Source of the DNA: Candidatus Lloydbacteria bacterium RIFCSPHIGHO2_02_FULL_50_18
GTDB taxonomy: Bacteria; Patescibacteriota; Minisyncoccia; Phycocordibacterales; UBA6899
NCBI GenBank assembly: GCA_001821395.1
Contig: MHLM01000014.1
Coordinates: 128,001 to 192,000, forward strand
DNA length: 64,000 bases
Direction: 5' to 3'
A program made the position numbers and the translations under genes. The notes under the pieces are model-generated. The model was not told where the DNA came from and searched no databases. It worked only from the letters and a program-made list of their open reading frames with translations. Below are positions 8,967 to 18,699 of this stretch, piece after piece. Numbering within the stretch: the first letter of the stretch is position 1; each line of letters begins with the position of its first letter.

Positions 8967-8996
8967 TAAAAAAACGAGCACCGGTGCTCGTTTTTT
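8967..8996 (+). terminator. rho-independent terminator (aaaaaacgagcaccggtgctcgttttttg)
   Basis: Perfect hairpin plus T-run after rpsP. Confidence 0.7.
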
Positions 8997-9058
8997 GTTT
9001 GACGTTTTATTTTTCTCCTGTAGCGTGAAGTGAGAACAGTGTCATAAGGAGTAGATAA

Positions 9059-9463
9059 ATGACCATTGAAAAACAACCTGTTTCCGAAGTGTGGGCGCCA
9101 TTTTCTTTTGGCGAGCTCACTCCACACGTAAAGCACATTAAGTCACAGCTCTTGAATGGACATAGTGTGATCATCGAGCCTGTGTACGCTGATTCATCGA
9201 CCGGCTTTCTCGTCATCACCTATGACCACGGGGAGTGGAGTCTCGAAGAGATCATCGACACGTCGTTTCTTGATGGCGGACTGGGTACACACGAGCTTCA
9301 TGGTCTCTCCGTGCTTAGTCTCGGATCAGTCAATTATGAAACCCGTCTTATTGATGAGACGCTTAGTGCGGGCTTCATTGTCTGTCTCCTCTCAGACGTA
9401 TCGAAGGATGGACGCGTCGTAGGGTCGTACATGATACGAGCAAGTGTGTCGGATAACTCCTAG
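9059..9463 (+). CDS. hypothetical protein (134 aa)
   Basis: AAGGAG RBS 7 nt upstream. A terminator (agccgcccaattcgggcggcttttg) lies at 9471-9495. Confidence 0.6.
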   Translation: MTIEKQPVSEVWAPFSFGELTPHVKHIKSQLLNGHSVIIEPVYADSSTGFLVITYDHGEWSLEEIIDTSFLDGGLGTHELHGLSVLSLGSVNYETRLIDETLSAGFIVCLLSDVSKDGRVVGSYMIRASVSDNS

Positions 9464-9603
9464 TTGTTTTAGCCGCCCAATTCGGGCGGCTTTTGTATCA
9501 CCCTGTGAATTGACGAATAATAAGATTCCTCTATAGTAGAGTGTAAGCAGAAGGGCTTGTCCGCCACTTTCGCGATTCTTTAATTGATAGTTAGATTAAC
9601 CTT

Positions 9604-9963
9604 ATGGCTGAAACATACAGCGACAAAGAATTTCTTGAGTTTCTCGTAAAGTCTCTCGTCGACAAACCGGAGAAGGTTGTAGTTGATCGACGTACGGATG
9701 ACATGGGAGTACTTCTTACTCTTGATATCGACCCTGAGGACATGGGGAAGGTCATCGGCAGAATGGGGAATACCGCAAAGGCGATCCGCACACTGCTTCG
9801 CGTTGTTGGAATGAAGAATAATGCACGCGTCAATCTGAAGATCAATGAGCCTGAGGGCGGAAAGCGCGCACCAAGCGCAGGAGGTGAGGGCTTGGGGGTG
9901 AGTATGGCGGGGGGAGTATTGCATCAAGACGTTGATGACGTCATCGCCGACTTGAAAGCATAG
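9604..9963 (+). CDS. khpA: KH-domain RNA-binding protein (KhpA/YlqC, UPF0109) with C-terminal Gly-rich extension
   Basis: FLVKSLVDKPEKVVVD...MGKVIGRMGNTAKAIRTLLRVVG carries the KH GxxG motif. The gene sits between rpsP and trmD as in many bacteria. Confidence 0.8.
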   Translation: MAETYSDKEFLEFLVKSLVDKPEKVVVDRRTDDMGVLLTLDIDPEDMGKVIGRMGNTAKAIRTLLRVVGMKNNARVNLKINEPEGGKRAPSAGGEGLGVSMAGGVLHQDVDDVIADLKA

Positions 9964-10095
9964 CGACACTCATTGTCGGGTAATTTCTTCGTTGCCTGCG
10001 TCGTGAGTCCGGTGAACGTACTCAGCGTACGTCCGCGCGGACATCACTTCCTTGTCGCCTCGAACTTCCCTCGACGCTGAGCGTCTCCGTTTGAC
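9964..10095. repeat. intergenic repeat family A, copy 2 (cattgtcgg...acgtactcagcgtacgt hairpin...cacttccttgtcgcctcg)
   Basis: It shares the cattgtcgg and cacttcctYgtcgcctYg blocks and the cgtac/gtacg hairpin with copy 1. Confidence 0.5.
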
Positions 10096-10103
10096 ATACT
10101 TTT

Positions 10104-10137
10104 AAAAAAACCACTCGCACATGCGGGTGGTTTTTTG
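10104..10137 (+). terminator. rho-independent terminator (aaaaaaaccactcgcacatgcgggtggttttttg)
   Basis: Hairpin flanked by A- and T-runs. Confidence 0.7.
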
Positions 10138-10193
10138 TTTGACGACGCATAGTGATTCAGCTAATCTGTGCGAAGAAGCTCGTGGAGAAAAAA

Positions 10194-10484
10194 ATGGCGA
10201 AGTCGGAAGAGTTGAAGCGAGAGATCACCGAGAAGATCAAGGCAGAGTGGACTGATCCGAACGTGGGCTGGGACTGGAAGGACGGGGTCACTGACGAAGT
10301 GTATGCGAAATTGTGCGATCCCGAGAATTGGATACGCACATGGAAGGGGCCCACTACCATCGGTGAACAGGTTTTTGTTATCAGACAGTTTGGCTTCGGT
10401 GAAGAGGACGGTATCACGATCGACGCGACGGTCACTTGCGATAAAGATGACAACTTCCTGGATATTGAATTTGAACAGCAATAA
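10194..10484 (+). CDS. hypothetical small acidic protein (96 aa)
   Basis: GGAG lies 8 nt upstream of ATG 10194 (the track ORF starts at 10152). A terminator (aaaccaccgcgtaggcggtttttttg) lies at 10487-10510. Confidence 0.55.
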   Translation: MAKSEELKREITEKIKAEWTDPNVGWDWKDGVTDEVYAKLCDPENWIRTWKGPTTIGEQVFVIRQFGFGEEDGITIDATVTCDKDDNFLDIEFEQQ

Positions 10485-10580
10485 AACCACCGCGTAGGCG
10501 GTTTTTTTGATAGCTTTACTTTGAAAATTAAATTGGTAGCATGCAATAAGGGTTAGTACATCCATAGGAGGGAAGAAGCA

Positions 10581-10862
10581 ATGGAACCATCCACTGCCGA
10601 ACTCATCATTGATATGAAGAAGATGTATCTTGATGGGGCAAGTGATGATCAGTTGTGCAGTCGTGGCACTGAGATCTATGAACGCATCGAGAAAGATTTT
10701 ACGCTCGCACGAAATGACCAGCGGAAGATCGGCATCATTACCGTGGAGCAAAAGGCTTTTGAGAAGATTATCAAGCAGATCCGTGATGCCCGTCATGAGC
10801 ACGCGCTCGACGCCTACGACGCGTTCGTAGCGAGAAGGACCGCTCCGGGCAAAAAGAAGTGA
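10581..10862 (+). CDS. hypothetical protein, paralog 1 of a tandem pair (93 aa)
   Basis: GGAGGGAAG RBS upstream. The segment YLDGASDDQLCSRGTEIYERIEKDF aligns with YVGGAEDAVLRDKAKEIFERIDETI of the next gene. A terminator lies at 10899-10925. Confidence 0.6.
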   Translation: MEPSTAELIIDMKKMYLDGASDDQLCSRGTEIYERIEKDFTLARNDQRKIGIITVEQKAFEKIIKQIRDARHEHALDAYDAFVARRTAPGKKK

Positions 10863-11007
10863 CGATCAAGCGCTTTCTCGTTGTGTAGCGCGAAATAGAA
10901 CGCCCAACCTTTGGGCGTTTTTGTTTTTTCAGCGTTCATCTCCGGTGCTCTTTACACGCACACGATTATTGATAGGATTGGGCCAGTCGTTCCGATGGAG
11001 GAATTTT

Positions 11008-11313
11008 ATGAATGTTCTCAAGGAGGCTGGAGAGATTGAGCGTCTCATCGATGAGTTTAAGAATGATCTGTATGTTGGTGGTGCCGAAGATGCGGTGCTC
11101 CGCGATAAAGCGAAGGAAATATTCGAACGTATAGACGAAACGATACAAATTCTTGGAGGAAACAGTGTTGTCACGCAATTGCTGAAAGGGACACGCAAGG
11201 ATTTTGAGAACTTTGTGATTGATGTCTATCGGAACCGACATGCACCGGAGCTCAAAAAATTCTATTTTCTCTATAAGAAAAAGCATCCGCAGCAAGCTTT
11301 TGTGACAGCATAA
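11008..11313 (+). CDS. hypothetical protein, paralog 2 of a tandem pair (101 aa)
   Basis: GGAGG RBS 6 nt upstream of ATG 11008. It is similar to the 10581-10862 product. A terminator (cgtcccgttatcggggcgtttt) lies at 11320-11343. Confidence 0.6.
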   Translation: MNVLKEAGEIERLIDEFKNDLYVGGAEDAVLRDKAKEIFERIDETIQILGGNSVVTQLLKGTRKDFENFVIDVYRNRHAPELKKFYFLYKKKHPQQAFVTA

Positions 11314-11373
11314 AACAGACGTCCCGTTATCGGGGCGTTTTCTTTTTAGAAAATATGAGCCATACTGTCCCTT

Positions 11374-12075
11374 ATGAGATTTCATATCATAAGTTTATTT
11401 CCCGACACGATGCGCGCCTATCTCGACGATTCCATCATTGGTCGTGCGCAGGAGGACAAAAAATTGAGCATCAAATACTATAATCCGCGCGCATTCACGA
11501 AGGATAAGCACGCGCGGGTCGACAAGCGTCCCTACGGAGGGGGACCCGGTATGGTGCTTGAGGCGGAGCCGTATTTGAAAGCCGCCGCAAAGGCACGCGG
11601 CAAGAAGACGAGGCGCGTGAAAGTGGTTTTTTTTGCAACAGACGGCAAGCAATTCACGAATGTCATGGCGCGCGATTGGGCAAAGAAGTACGACGATATC
11701 ATTTTCCTTTCCGGACGCTACGAGGGTATCGATGCCCGTGCGCCGAAGATATTGAAAGCGGAAAAGATCTCCGTCGGGCCGTTCGTTCTCACTGGAGGGG
11801 AGATACCCTCAATGATCGTGATTGATGCGGTTGCGCGTCAGATCCCTGGAGTCCTCGGCTCGTTTGAATCGGTTGAAGAAGAGCGCGTCGCAAGCCCCGA
11901 TGTCTACACCCGCCCCGAGATATTGGAATGGAAAAAAAGAAAACATAAGGTCCCCAAAGTTCTCCTCGGCGGGAATCACAAAGAGATTGAAAAGTGGAAG
12001 TTAGATCAACTTGCCCGAACCATAACCGTGCGAAGCACCAGAAAAAGTGAGTCCGCGAGCGACAACGCCAAATAG
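11374..12075 (+). CDS. trmD: tRNA (guanine37-N1)-methyltransferase TrmD
   Basis: MRFHIISLFPDTMRAYLDDSIIGRAQ...DDYPYGGGPGMVL...LSGRYEGIDAR is the SPOUT TrmD pattern. It has a short C-terminal extension. Confidence 0.9.
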   Translation: MRFHIISLFPDTMRAYLDDSIIGRAQEDKKLSIKYYNPRAFTKDKHARVDKRPYGGGPGMVLEAEPYLKAAAKARGKKTRRVKVVFFATDGKQFTNVMARDWAKKYDDIIFLSGRYEGIDARAPKILKAEKISVGPFVLTGGEIPSMIVIDAVARQIPGVLGSFESVEEERVASPDVYTRPEILEWKKRKHKVPKVLLGGNHKEIEKWKLDQLARTITVRSTRKSESASDNAK

Positions 12076-12131
12076 CGTCCGCTTGCGACAACGCCAGATA
12101 GCGTCTTCGAGCGACAACGCCCAATAGTATT
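12052..12131. repeat. three tandem direct repeats of about 27 bp (gcgacaacgccaaatagcgtc-like) overlapping the trmD stop
   Basis: gagcgacaacgccaaatagcgtcc / gcttgcgacaacgccagatagcgtctt / cgagcgacaacgcccaatagtattgac, immediately followed by a TTGACA -35-like box. Confidence 0.6.
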
Positions 12132-12195
12132 GACAAACATTGTTATTCGACGTACTTTGCATAGCATCAGTTCTTCGCAATAAAAGGAGAGAAAT

Positions 12196-13257
12196 ATGTT
12201 GGCATTAATAGGCGTTCCGCTCTGTACTTACAAGGAGAGGATTCACCATGTTCCGGAAGGCGTCCTGCCGAGCCGTACGATCGATGACTATCTTGCTCGA
12301 CTTGCTCCATTTCATGCGGAGATGGAAGTAGTCGCGCGACAGTATGATGTGTTTGACCCGTTCAAGCATTGCAGTCGACTGCCGCAGGAGTTCTATGAGC
12401 GCTGCACGTTCGAAGAGCTCTGCAAGATCTATGGGTCGAGCATCTTCCAGCTTACTCGACCGCAATACGAGCTTTTCCAGAATGACCCGGAGTATTCACT
12501 CGTAAGGAAGATTGCGAGTTCATTATGGCGTTGGGGTTGTGGATGTCGCGAGGACGAGTGGAATACCATTGTCGATACACACAATGGGATCAGAAATTTC
12601 TCATTCGGTTTACCGGAGTTTGAGGTGACGCTGACCTATACGACGGGGTACAACGAATGCGGATCATCTGAACATGACAGAAGGATATTTCTCGACGGCG
12701 TGTTCGGCTTCATGGTCCACTATCGCGGTCTGCATGTGATGACGATCGGATTTTCTATTGCACAGGGAAGAAGGCTTCTGCTCACGCAGGTGCAGATGAA
12801 GACAGAAAAAGGGAACCGCTTCCTTTACAAACTTCCGATGCCGTACGTAGAGTACGCGATCATGCTGATGGAGAAGTTCTTCCCGACGCTTACGCTTTAT
12901 CTCGTCGATGGTGATTCCGTTGTTGCGAAATATCTGCCTCAGTACGAGACGTCATTGAAGTTTCTCTTTGAGAGCACGAAGCGCAATGAGGAGAGTATTG
13001 CTGAAGCATTCCGCATCAACGCGAGCACTACAGCCGAGAATAGAGATCTGGCGCGCTCGCTCGCCTATCAGCTGAAGCGAAGGGAGGAGCTCCCGAAGGA
13101 TATCGAGCTCACTCGGGCATGCATCACGGGGTTGAAAGGAGCGACCGGCGATCGTGTTCGCAAAACGTATCTCCTTGAGCGCGGACCATGGCGATTGTCC
13201 GATAAGGATACTATCGAGATGAATCGATTCCGTTTCCGTCGCATTATTCGCGTATGA
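12196..13257 (+). CDS. hypothetical protein (353 aa)
   Basis: AAAGGAGAG RBS upstream. No family could be assigned from motifs. A terminator (ccaccctgctttggggtggtttttt) lies at 13257-13287. Confidence 0.6.
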   Translation: MLALIGVPLCTYKERIHHVPEGVLPSRTIDDYLARLAPFHAEMEVVARQYDVFDPFKHCSRLPQEFYERCTFEELCKIYGSSIFQLTRPQYELFQNDPEYSLVRKIASSLWRWGCGCREDEWNTIVDTHNGIRNFSFGLPEFEVTLTYTTGYNECGSSEHDRRIFLDGVFGFMVHYRGLHVMTIGFSIAQGRRLLLTQVQMKTEKGNRFLYKLPMPYVEYAIMLMEKFFPTLTLYLVDGDSVVAKYLPQYETSLKFLFESTKRNEESIAEAFRINASTTAENRDLARSLAYQLKRREELPKDIELTRACITGLKGATGDRVRKTYLLERGPWRLSDKDTIEMNRFRFRRIIRV

Positions 13258-13368
13258 CCACCCTGCTTTGGGGTGGTTTTTTATTTTATGAAAGTCACGG
13301 GGAAATTGACCGGCAGAACTGGTCCACATCCGCTTGGAGCAACATATTTTTTGTGGCACACTAGATGT

Positions 13369-14283
13369 ATGTCAATGATATATGCTATCGGACTATTGCT
13401 CGTCTCGATCTTCGTCGCTTGGGCGGGAGGACATCTTTTCATACAAGGCGTGGGAGGGATGCGTAAAATGCTGCGTATTTCAGGACTGACTGCTGGGCTT
13501 TTGGTCGCGTCGATATCGACATCTTCCCCCGAGCTTTTTGTCGGAGTGAGTTCTGCGATTCGGAAAATTCCCGAAGTATCACTGGGAGACGTGCTTGGAA
13601 GTAACGTTGTGAACATTGCTCTTATCATGGGGGTCTTCCTGCTGCTTTCTCCGAAGCCGATTGTGGCTCATACTATTCGCAAAAAAGATGTGCTCATTGC
13701 ATGTGCTGCTCCTATTCTTGCGCTACTCCTTTCTCTCGACGGGATGTTGTCAAAGGTAGACGGACTTATTCTCTTTGCGATCTTTGCGCTATGGCTGCGA
13801 TGGCTCATCAAGGAGGACAATGTGACTCCTGATGATGTCGAGCAAAAGACGGGGACACTGATGTACTTTGGGATCGGGCTCGCGATGCTTGTTGTTGCAG
13901 GATACACGTTCACAGAGAGTGCGAATGTTCTCGCAAAAATATTCGAGATGAACCTGTTTATTTTCAGTTCGATTGTTGTTGCACTTGGAACGAGCATGCC
14001 CGAACTCGTCACCTCCATCATCGCCATACGCACGAAGCAGAATGATGTTGCGATCGGCAACTTATTGGGAAGTAATGTATTCAATTCTCTTGGTATCTTG
14101 GGAATCGTCGCGTTGATCCAGCCCATCCCTGTTTCTCCGCTCATCATTCTGGTGCCGGTGGTGATCGCGGTGATCGCAACGCTTGTTGCCTCACGTACTA
14201 CTCGGTCGAATATGCAGATGATCGGCTTCATCCTCATCGGCATCTATGTGTTATCTCTTTTTTCCGACGTATTGTTTTGGTGA
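13369..14283 (+). CDS. Ca2+/cation antiporter (CaCA family, YrbG-like)
   Basis: Two alpha-repeat signatures, LGSNVVNIALIMG and GNLLGSNVFNSLGILGIVALI, with about 10 TM segments. The ATG at 13369 (MSMIYAIG) is preferred over the track start. Confidence 0.75.
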   Translation: MSMIYAIGLLLVSIFVAWAGGHLFIQGVGGMRKMLRISGLTAGLLVASISTSSPELFVGVSSAIRKIPEVSLGDVLGSNVVNIALIMGVFLLLSPKPIVAHTIRKKDVLIACAAPILALLLSLDGMLSKVDGLILFAIFALWLRWLIKEDNVTPDDVEQKTGTLMYFGIGLAMLVVAGYTFTESANVLAKIFEMNLFIFSSIVVALGTSMPELVTSIIAIRTKQNDVAIGNLLGSNVFNSLGILGIVALIQPIPVSPLIILVPVVIAVIATLVASRTTRSNMQMIGFILIGIYVLSLFSDVLFW

Positions 14284-14342
14284 TAGTGTTCTATTGCTTG
14301 TGAAAATTGTCGAGTTAATGGTATGGGAAGTATACTGAGTGC

Positions 14343-14930
14343 ATGACGGAGAAACATGAGATCGCAGTATTCGGTGGAGGGTGTTTTTGGTGTACTGAGG
14401 CGGTGTTTCGGATGCTGAAAGGTGTGATCAGTGTGGAGCCGGGATATGCGGGAGGTCCTTCGACAGGTGGGGGGCGAGTGCCGACATATGAGGAAGTGTC
14501 AAGCGGCGAAACTGGACACGCCGAAGTTATTCGTATCGAATACGATCCGAGCTTGGTTTCGTATCATGATCTCATGACGGTATTTTTTGCCTCGCATGAT
14601 CCAACAACGATGAATAAGCAGGGGGCTGACGTGGGGACACAGTACCGCTCGATTATTCTCTCGACGAGTGACGAGCAACAAAAAGAAGCCGAGTCGTTCA
14701 TTGCCGAACTCAATAATGAAAGCAAGGATGGCCTGCCTACACAGTCCGGTGTGCCGATCGTGACGCTGGTGGTGCCATTTGAGAAATTTTATTCAGCGGA
14801 GAATTACCACCATGACTATTACGCGAGCAATCCGAATAAGGGGTATTGTGCGATGGTCATCGACCCAAAACTCGAAAAAGTGAGGAAAGAATTTGCAGCG
14901 TTATTAAGCGATAAGAGTAAGCAAAAATAA
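14343..14930 (+). CDS. msrA: peptide methionine-S-sulfoxide reductase MsrA
   Basis: AVFGGGCFWCTEAVF catalytic motif and GYAGG signature. Confidence 0.9.
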   Translation: MTEKHEIAVFGGGCFWCTEAVFRMLKGVISVEPGYAGGPSTGGGRVPTYEEVSSGETGHAEVIRIEYDPSLVSYHDLMTVFFASHDPTTMNKQGADVGTQYRSIILSTSDEQQKEAESFIAELNNESKDGLPTQSGVPIVTLVVPFEKFYSAENYHHDYYASNPNKGYCAMVIDPKLEKVRKEFAALLSDKSKQK

Positions 14931-14931
14931 T

Positions 14932-15384
14932 ATGGACGAAAGTAGAATACCAAGTACAGAAGAAGAATGGAGGGAAAAACTTACGCCCGAGCAGTATCGC
15001 GTTCTTCGCGAGAAGGGGACCGAGGCGCCCGGAAGCGGTGTGTATCTTCATGAGCATGCGGATGGCACGTTTCGCTGTGCGGCGTGCGGCAATCCGTTGT
15101 TCTCGTCCGCTGCAAAATTTGACTCTCACACCGGCTGGCCATCTTTCGATGAGGCATTGCCTGGGGCAGTGAAATTTGTGCATGATGATACATATGGAGC
15201 GGCTAAATCGTCCGCAGCGGACGATCGCCCGACGAATCTTCGTGATTCGCTTAGGGAGCGCACGGAAGTGCTTTGTGCAAAATGCAATTCCCATTTAGGC
15301 CACGTTTTTGATGATGGACCAAGTGCAACGGGTAAGCGGTTTTGTATGAATTCGGTGTGCTTGTCGCTTGAGAAAGAAAAATAA
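14932..15384 (+). CDS. msrB: peptide methionine-R-sulfoxide reductase MsrB
   Basis: CxxC...CxxC zinc motif (CAACGNPLF, CAKCNSHLGHVFDDGP) and the SelR HxGH pattern. It lies 1 nt after msrA. Confidence 0.9.
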   Translation: MDESRIPSTEEEWREKLTPEQYRVLREKGTEAPGSGVYLHEHADGTFRCAACGNPLFSSAAKFDSHTGWPSFDEALPGAVKFVHDDTYGAAKSSAADDRPTNLRDSLRERTEVLCAKCNSHLGHVFDDGPSATGKRFCMNSVCLSLEKEK

Positions 15385-15473
15385 ACATACTTGCGAGAGT
15401 CTGTTTTGCCGGCCTTGCGATTTCATTTAAAATGCGTAAACTCGATAATAGAAGAACTTGAGGGAGACTGAAA

Positions 15474-16142
15474 ATGAAAAATATCGCATCATACATCGAC
15501 CATACGCTGCTTAAACCCGATGCAACACCTGATCAGATCACTAAGTTGTGCGAAGAAGCAAGGCAGTATCATTTTGCGAGTGTGTGCATTAATCCCTCCT
15601 ATGTCGCACCTGCAGTGACTTTGCTTTGTGGGAGTGGCGTGAAGGTATGCACGGTCATCGGTTTTCCGCTCGGAGCAACATCGACTCCTGCAAAATTTTT
15701 TGAGGCGAATGTCGCACTCGAGGATGGGGCGACGGAGATCGATGTGGTCATTCATGTGGGACGGTTGTGTGCCGGAAACATCGCGTATGTTGAAAGCGAG
15801 ATTCGACTGCTTGCGGCACTGGTTCACTCATACGAGGGATCGATCCTCAAGGTCATCATCGAGACCTGTCTTCTCTCTGATGATGAGAAGATCCTTGCAT
15901 GTCAGATCGCAAAGAGGGCCGGTGCTGACTTTGTCAAAACGTCAACGGGTTTTTCCTCTCACGGAGCGACAGTAAAAGATGTTGAGCTCATGCGCCACAC
16001 AGTTGGACCCGTCATGGGCGTGAAAGCATCAGGCGGCATCAGTACATATGTGGACGCGAAGGCAATGATCGACGCGGGCGCAACCCGCATTGGCACCTCA
16101 AAGGGTGTTGCCATCGTGAATGGTGCGCCGACAATTCCTTAG
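15474..16142 (+). CDS. deoC: deoxyribose-phosphate aldolase
   Basis: [27 protein letters not shown] and the Schiff-base lysine context VKASGGI. A terminator lies at 16161-16186. Confidence 0.85.
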   Translation: MKNIASYIDHTLLKPDATPDQITKLCEEARQYHFASVCINPSYVAPAVTLLCGSGVKVCTVIGFPLGATSTPAKFFEANVALEDGATEIDVVIHVGRLCAGNIAYVESEIRLLAALVHSYEGSILKVIIETCLLSDDEKILACQIAKRAGADFVKTSTGFSSHGATVKDVELMRHTVGPVMGVKASGGISTYVDAKAMIDAGATRIGTSKGVAIVNGAPTIP

Positions 16143-16199
16143 GGATTAGAAATTAATTACTCGCGTCATCACGACGCGAGTTTTTTAATATTTGATATA

Positions 16200-16745
16200 A
16201 TGAAATACATGGAGATCATCATCCGTAATGCGGAACCGAATGACGTGAGGGCGATCCGAGAAGTGTATTACCGCACATGGCTTGCGACGTATCCCAATGA
16301 GGCGCATGGCATATTGATGAGCGATATTGAGGATCGCTACAAGAATTCGTTCACTCCAAGTAGTATCAGTCGGGGTGAGTATGCGATCAGCCATCTTGCT
16401 CCCAATGAGCGTGTGCTCGTTGCGCTGTTAGACGGAGTCATCGTTGGAACAAGTAAGCTGAAAAGGGGAGAAGAACGAAATGAGATGCATACCATTTATA
16501 TCTTGCCGGAGTATCAGGGTCAGGGGGTGGGGAAAATGTTGTTCGCCGAAGCGCTTGCATGGTTCGACAAAAACAAGGATACGCAGATCGATACCGCCGT
16601 TTATAATTTTCCTGCGATCAAGTTCTATGAAGGACTCGGCTTTGTTGCGACAGGGGAGACGTTCACCGAGGAAGAGTTTCGCATGCCGAGTGGCGGCATC
16701 ATCCGTGAACAGCGCATGGTGAGAAGTGCGTTCTTGACGGACTGA
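16200..16745 (+). CDS. GNAT-family N-acetyltransferase
   Basis: Acetyl-CoA-binding motif ILPEYQGQGVGKMLFAEAL. Confidence 0.75.
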   Translation: MKYMEIIIRNAEPNDVRAIREVYYRTWLATYPNEAHGILMSDIEDRYKNSFTPSSISRGEYAISHLAPNERVLVALLDGVIVGTSKLKRGEERNEMHTIYILPEYQGQGVGKMLFAEALAWFDKNKDTQIDTAVYNFPAIKFYEGLGFVATGETFTEEEFRMPSGGIIREQRMVRSAFLTD

Positions 16746-16783
16746 CATTTTTTCCGTAGATTTTCTGTAGCCATTCTTTTTTA

Positions 16784-17263
16784 TTGAGGTGTGATATGCA
16801 CATCAGAGAGCTTTTTCAATACCAGCCGCGCCGTGATATTTATGCTGAGTGGAACTCCGATGTCCCCCATGAGATACTTGAGATCATCAGTAGTGTTATT
16901 GTCGGCCTCTTGGGGTGCTTCCTTGCCGCTGCCATGTATGTGTATGCCGTGAATGGGGGAAATCTGCTGAAGCATCCCCCCACGTTTTTCTGGTGGATAC
17001 TTCCATCGGCGCTCATGACCCCCTTCACGCTGTGGCGCATCGCGTTTCGTCTGCGCACTATGCCGTCCGGAATGGTCATTCAGAGCTTTGTATGGAGAAA
17101 CGTCCATCTCGAGGAAGGTATCACCGGATGGAAGGTGCTCCTCTATCTCGTGAAGGCATATCTCCCGGCTCTAAGCTGGCTGTGCATCATCGCGGGAATA
17201 TGTTCGATGCTGTCTTGCTCGTTTCATGTTCGGCGTGCCTCCCTCCTGCCTCCTCGACAGTAG
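16784..17263 (+). CDS. hypothetical membrane protein (about 155 aa)
   Basis: Hydrophobic helices. A terminator (atcgcgcttcacggcgcgattttttg) lies at 17273-17300. The start is uncertain (16784 or 16796). Confidence 0.5.
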   Translation: MRCDMHIRELFQYQPRRDIYAEWNSDVPHEILEIISSVIVGLLGCFLAAAMYVYAVNGGNLLKHPPTFFWWILPSALMTPFTLWRIAFRLRTMPSGMVIQSFVWRNVHLEEGITGWKVLLYLVKAYLPALSWLCIIAGICSMLSCSFHVRRASLLPPRQ

Positions 17264-17361
17264 TATTTGTTCATTATCGCGCTTCACGGCGCGATTTTTT
17301 GTTTGACGATCAATATTTGATATAAAAAAAGTCCCGGAGCATCTGTGCCAGGACGAGTTCG

Positions 17362-17919
17362 TTATCGTAAAATTTTTCGCACTCGCCTGATCAGTCGGCT
17401 GACTTCGCGGGGTGTGAGGATGCTGAAATCGTGACCCTCGATCTGTTGTATCTTTGGACCATTCTCGCCATAAGAATTGACTTTGATCTTTTGCCCGCGG
17501 GCTATGACGTACATCGCATGTTTCGCAACGTAAGCAATTCCCGGAGCCGATTCGGGCAATCCGTTTGTTTGATGATCCCAGTATGACTTACCCTCGGAAA
17601 GCACGATGAACAGTTCATCGGCTTCGAGTTCTGCCGCGATGCACACCATGTTTTCAACCGAGAGATCACCCCAACCCAGTTTTTCGCCGGCCTTGTTGTA
17701 CCAGCCGCTATTGTGGGTCATTTTTCCTCGGACGCACATTTGTCCGAAATGAAGGCCGAACAGCGTACTTTCTTGGCCGAATTCTCTGCCGTACATACCT
17801 TTCGTGAGCTGCGTCATGTCTCGATCCTTTTGTTTGTACTTATAGTCTGAAGGCAATTTCTCATTAACGAACCCATAAGTCAACCTGTACGGGTAATATG
17901 TTTTTTCATTGAATATCAA
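17362..17919 (-). CDS. hypothetical protein (185 aa)
   Basis: ORF with a consistent codon composition; no motif recognised. Confidence 0.5.
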   Translation of the reverse strand: MIFNEKTYYPYRLTYGFVNEKLPSDYKYKQKDRDMTQLTKGMYGREFGQESTLFGLHFGQMCVRGKMTHNSGWYNKAGEKLGWGDLSVENMVCIAAELEADELFIVLSEGKSYWDHQTNGLPESAPGIAYVAKHAMYVIARGQKIKVNSYGENGPKIQQIEGHDFSILTPREVSRLIRRVRKILR

Positions 17920-17940
17920 ACGTAGTATAATTACACGATC

Positions 17941-18474
17941 ATGAAATTTATTGAGCGGAGAAAAGTCATTTTTGCTTTTATGGTTGTGGTTTGCGTGGGA
18001 GTCGGCTCATACCTCTGGTGGGAAGTACAAAAAAATGCGAACCAACCGAAAGAGCAAACAGCTCCAGAGGCCACCTTGCTCTATCCGACAAAAGCTTCAG
18101 TCCCGCCCAAATTTATTATGTTTGGAGAGCCGATCTATTCGAAGACCTCCTATGTGGTGACGTACCGCGCTCCCTCGGTCGATCAATTCATGACGATTCT
18201 TTTCCATGAGGATTTGAGCAAGACCTATGAAGAGGTCGTTGCTATTCCAAAAAAATTCATCTATGACGCGGTCACGAGGGAGGAGCGAGTCTGCGGCGAA
18301 CGGCAATGTTATCTGATTAGTTATCCCGTCATAAATTATCCCGACATCATGAATTATTATCTCTATTATGACGATGGCGGTCACGCGTTGCAGATTGATC
18401 TCACAAATATCCCGAAGGGCATGTTCACATCGGAAATGATATTCAACATGATCCCGACCCTTGAGCGCAAATAA
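17941..18474 (+). CDS. hypothetical N-terminally membrane-anchored protein (177 aa)
   Basis: N-terminal TM VIFAFMVVVCVGVGSYLWW followed by a soluble domain. Confidence 0.55.
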   Translation: MKFIERRKVIFAFMVVVCVGVGSYLWWEVQKNANQPKEQTAPEATLLYPTKASVPPKFIMFGEPIYSKTSYVVTYRAPSVDQFMTILFHEDLSKTYEEVVAIPKKFIYDAVTREERVCGERQCYLISYPVINYPDIMNYYLYYDDGGHALQIDLTNIPKGMFTSEMIFNMIPTLERK

Positions 18475-18699
18475 TTTCAAGCCACTGCAAATTTTCTCTC
18501 CTCTCGGAGATCCATTCTTGGTGAACAATAAACAGGGAATTTGACTAAAAAGTAAGAAAGTAATAAAGTAAGGAAAGCGTCCACGGGTACGTGAGGCACC
18601 AGGTTTTCTTTTTTACTAAGGCGTTCGCGCCGCAGACTCAAAACACCACTCGATTTCTTGGAAATAGAATTTCCACGAAGTCGATCATAAACAAGAAAT

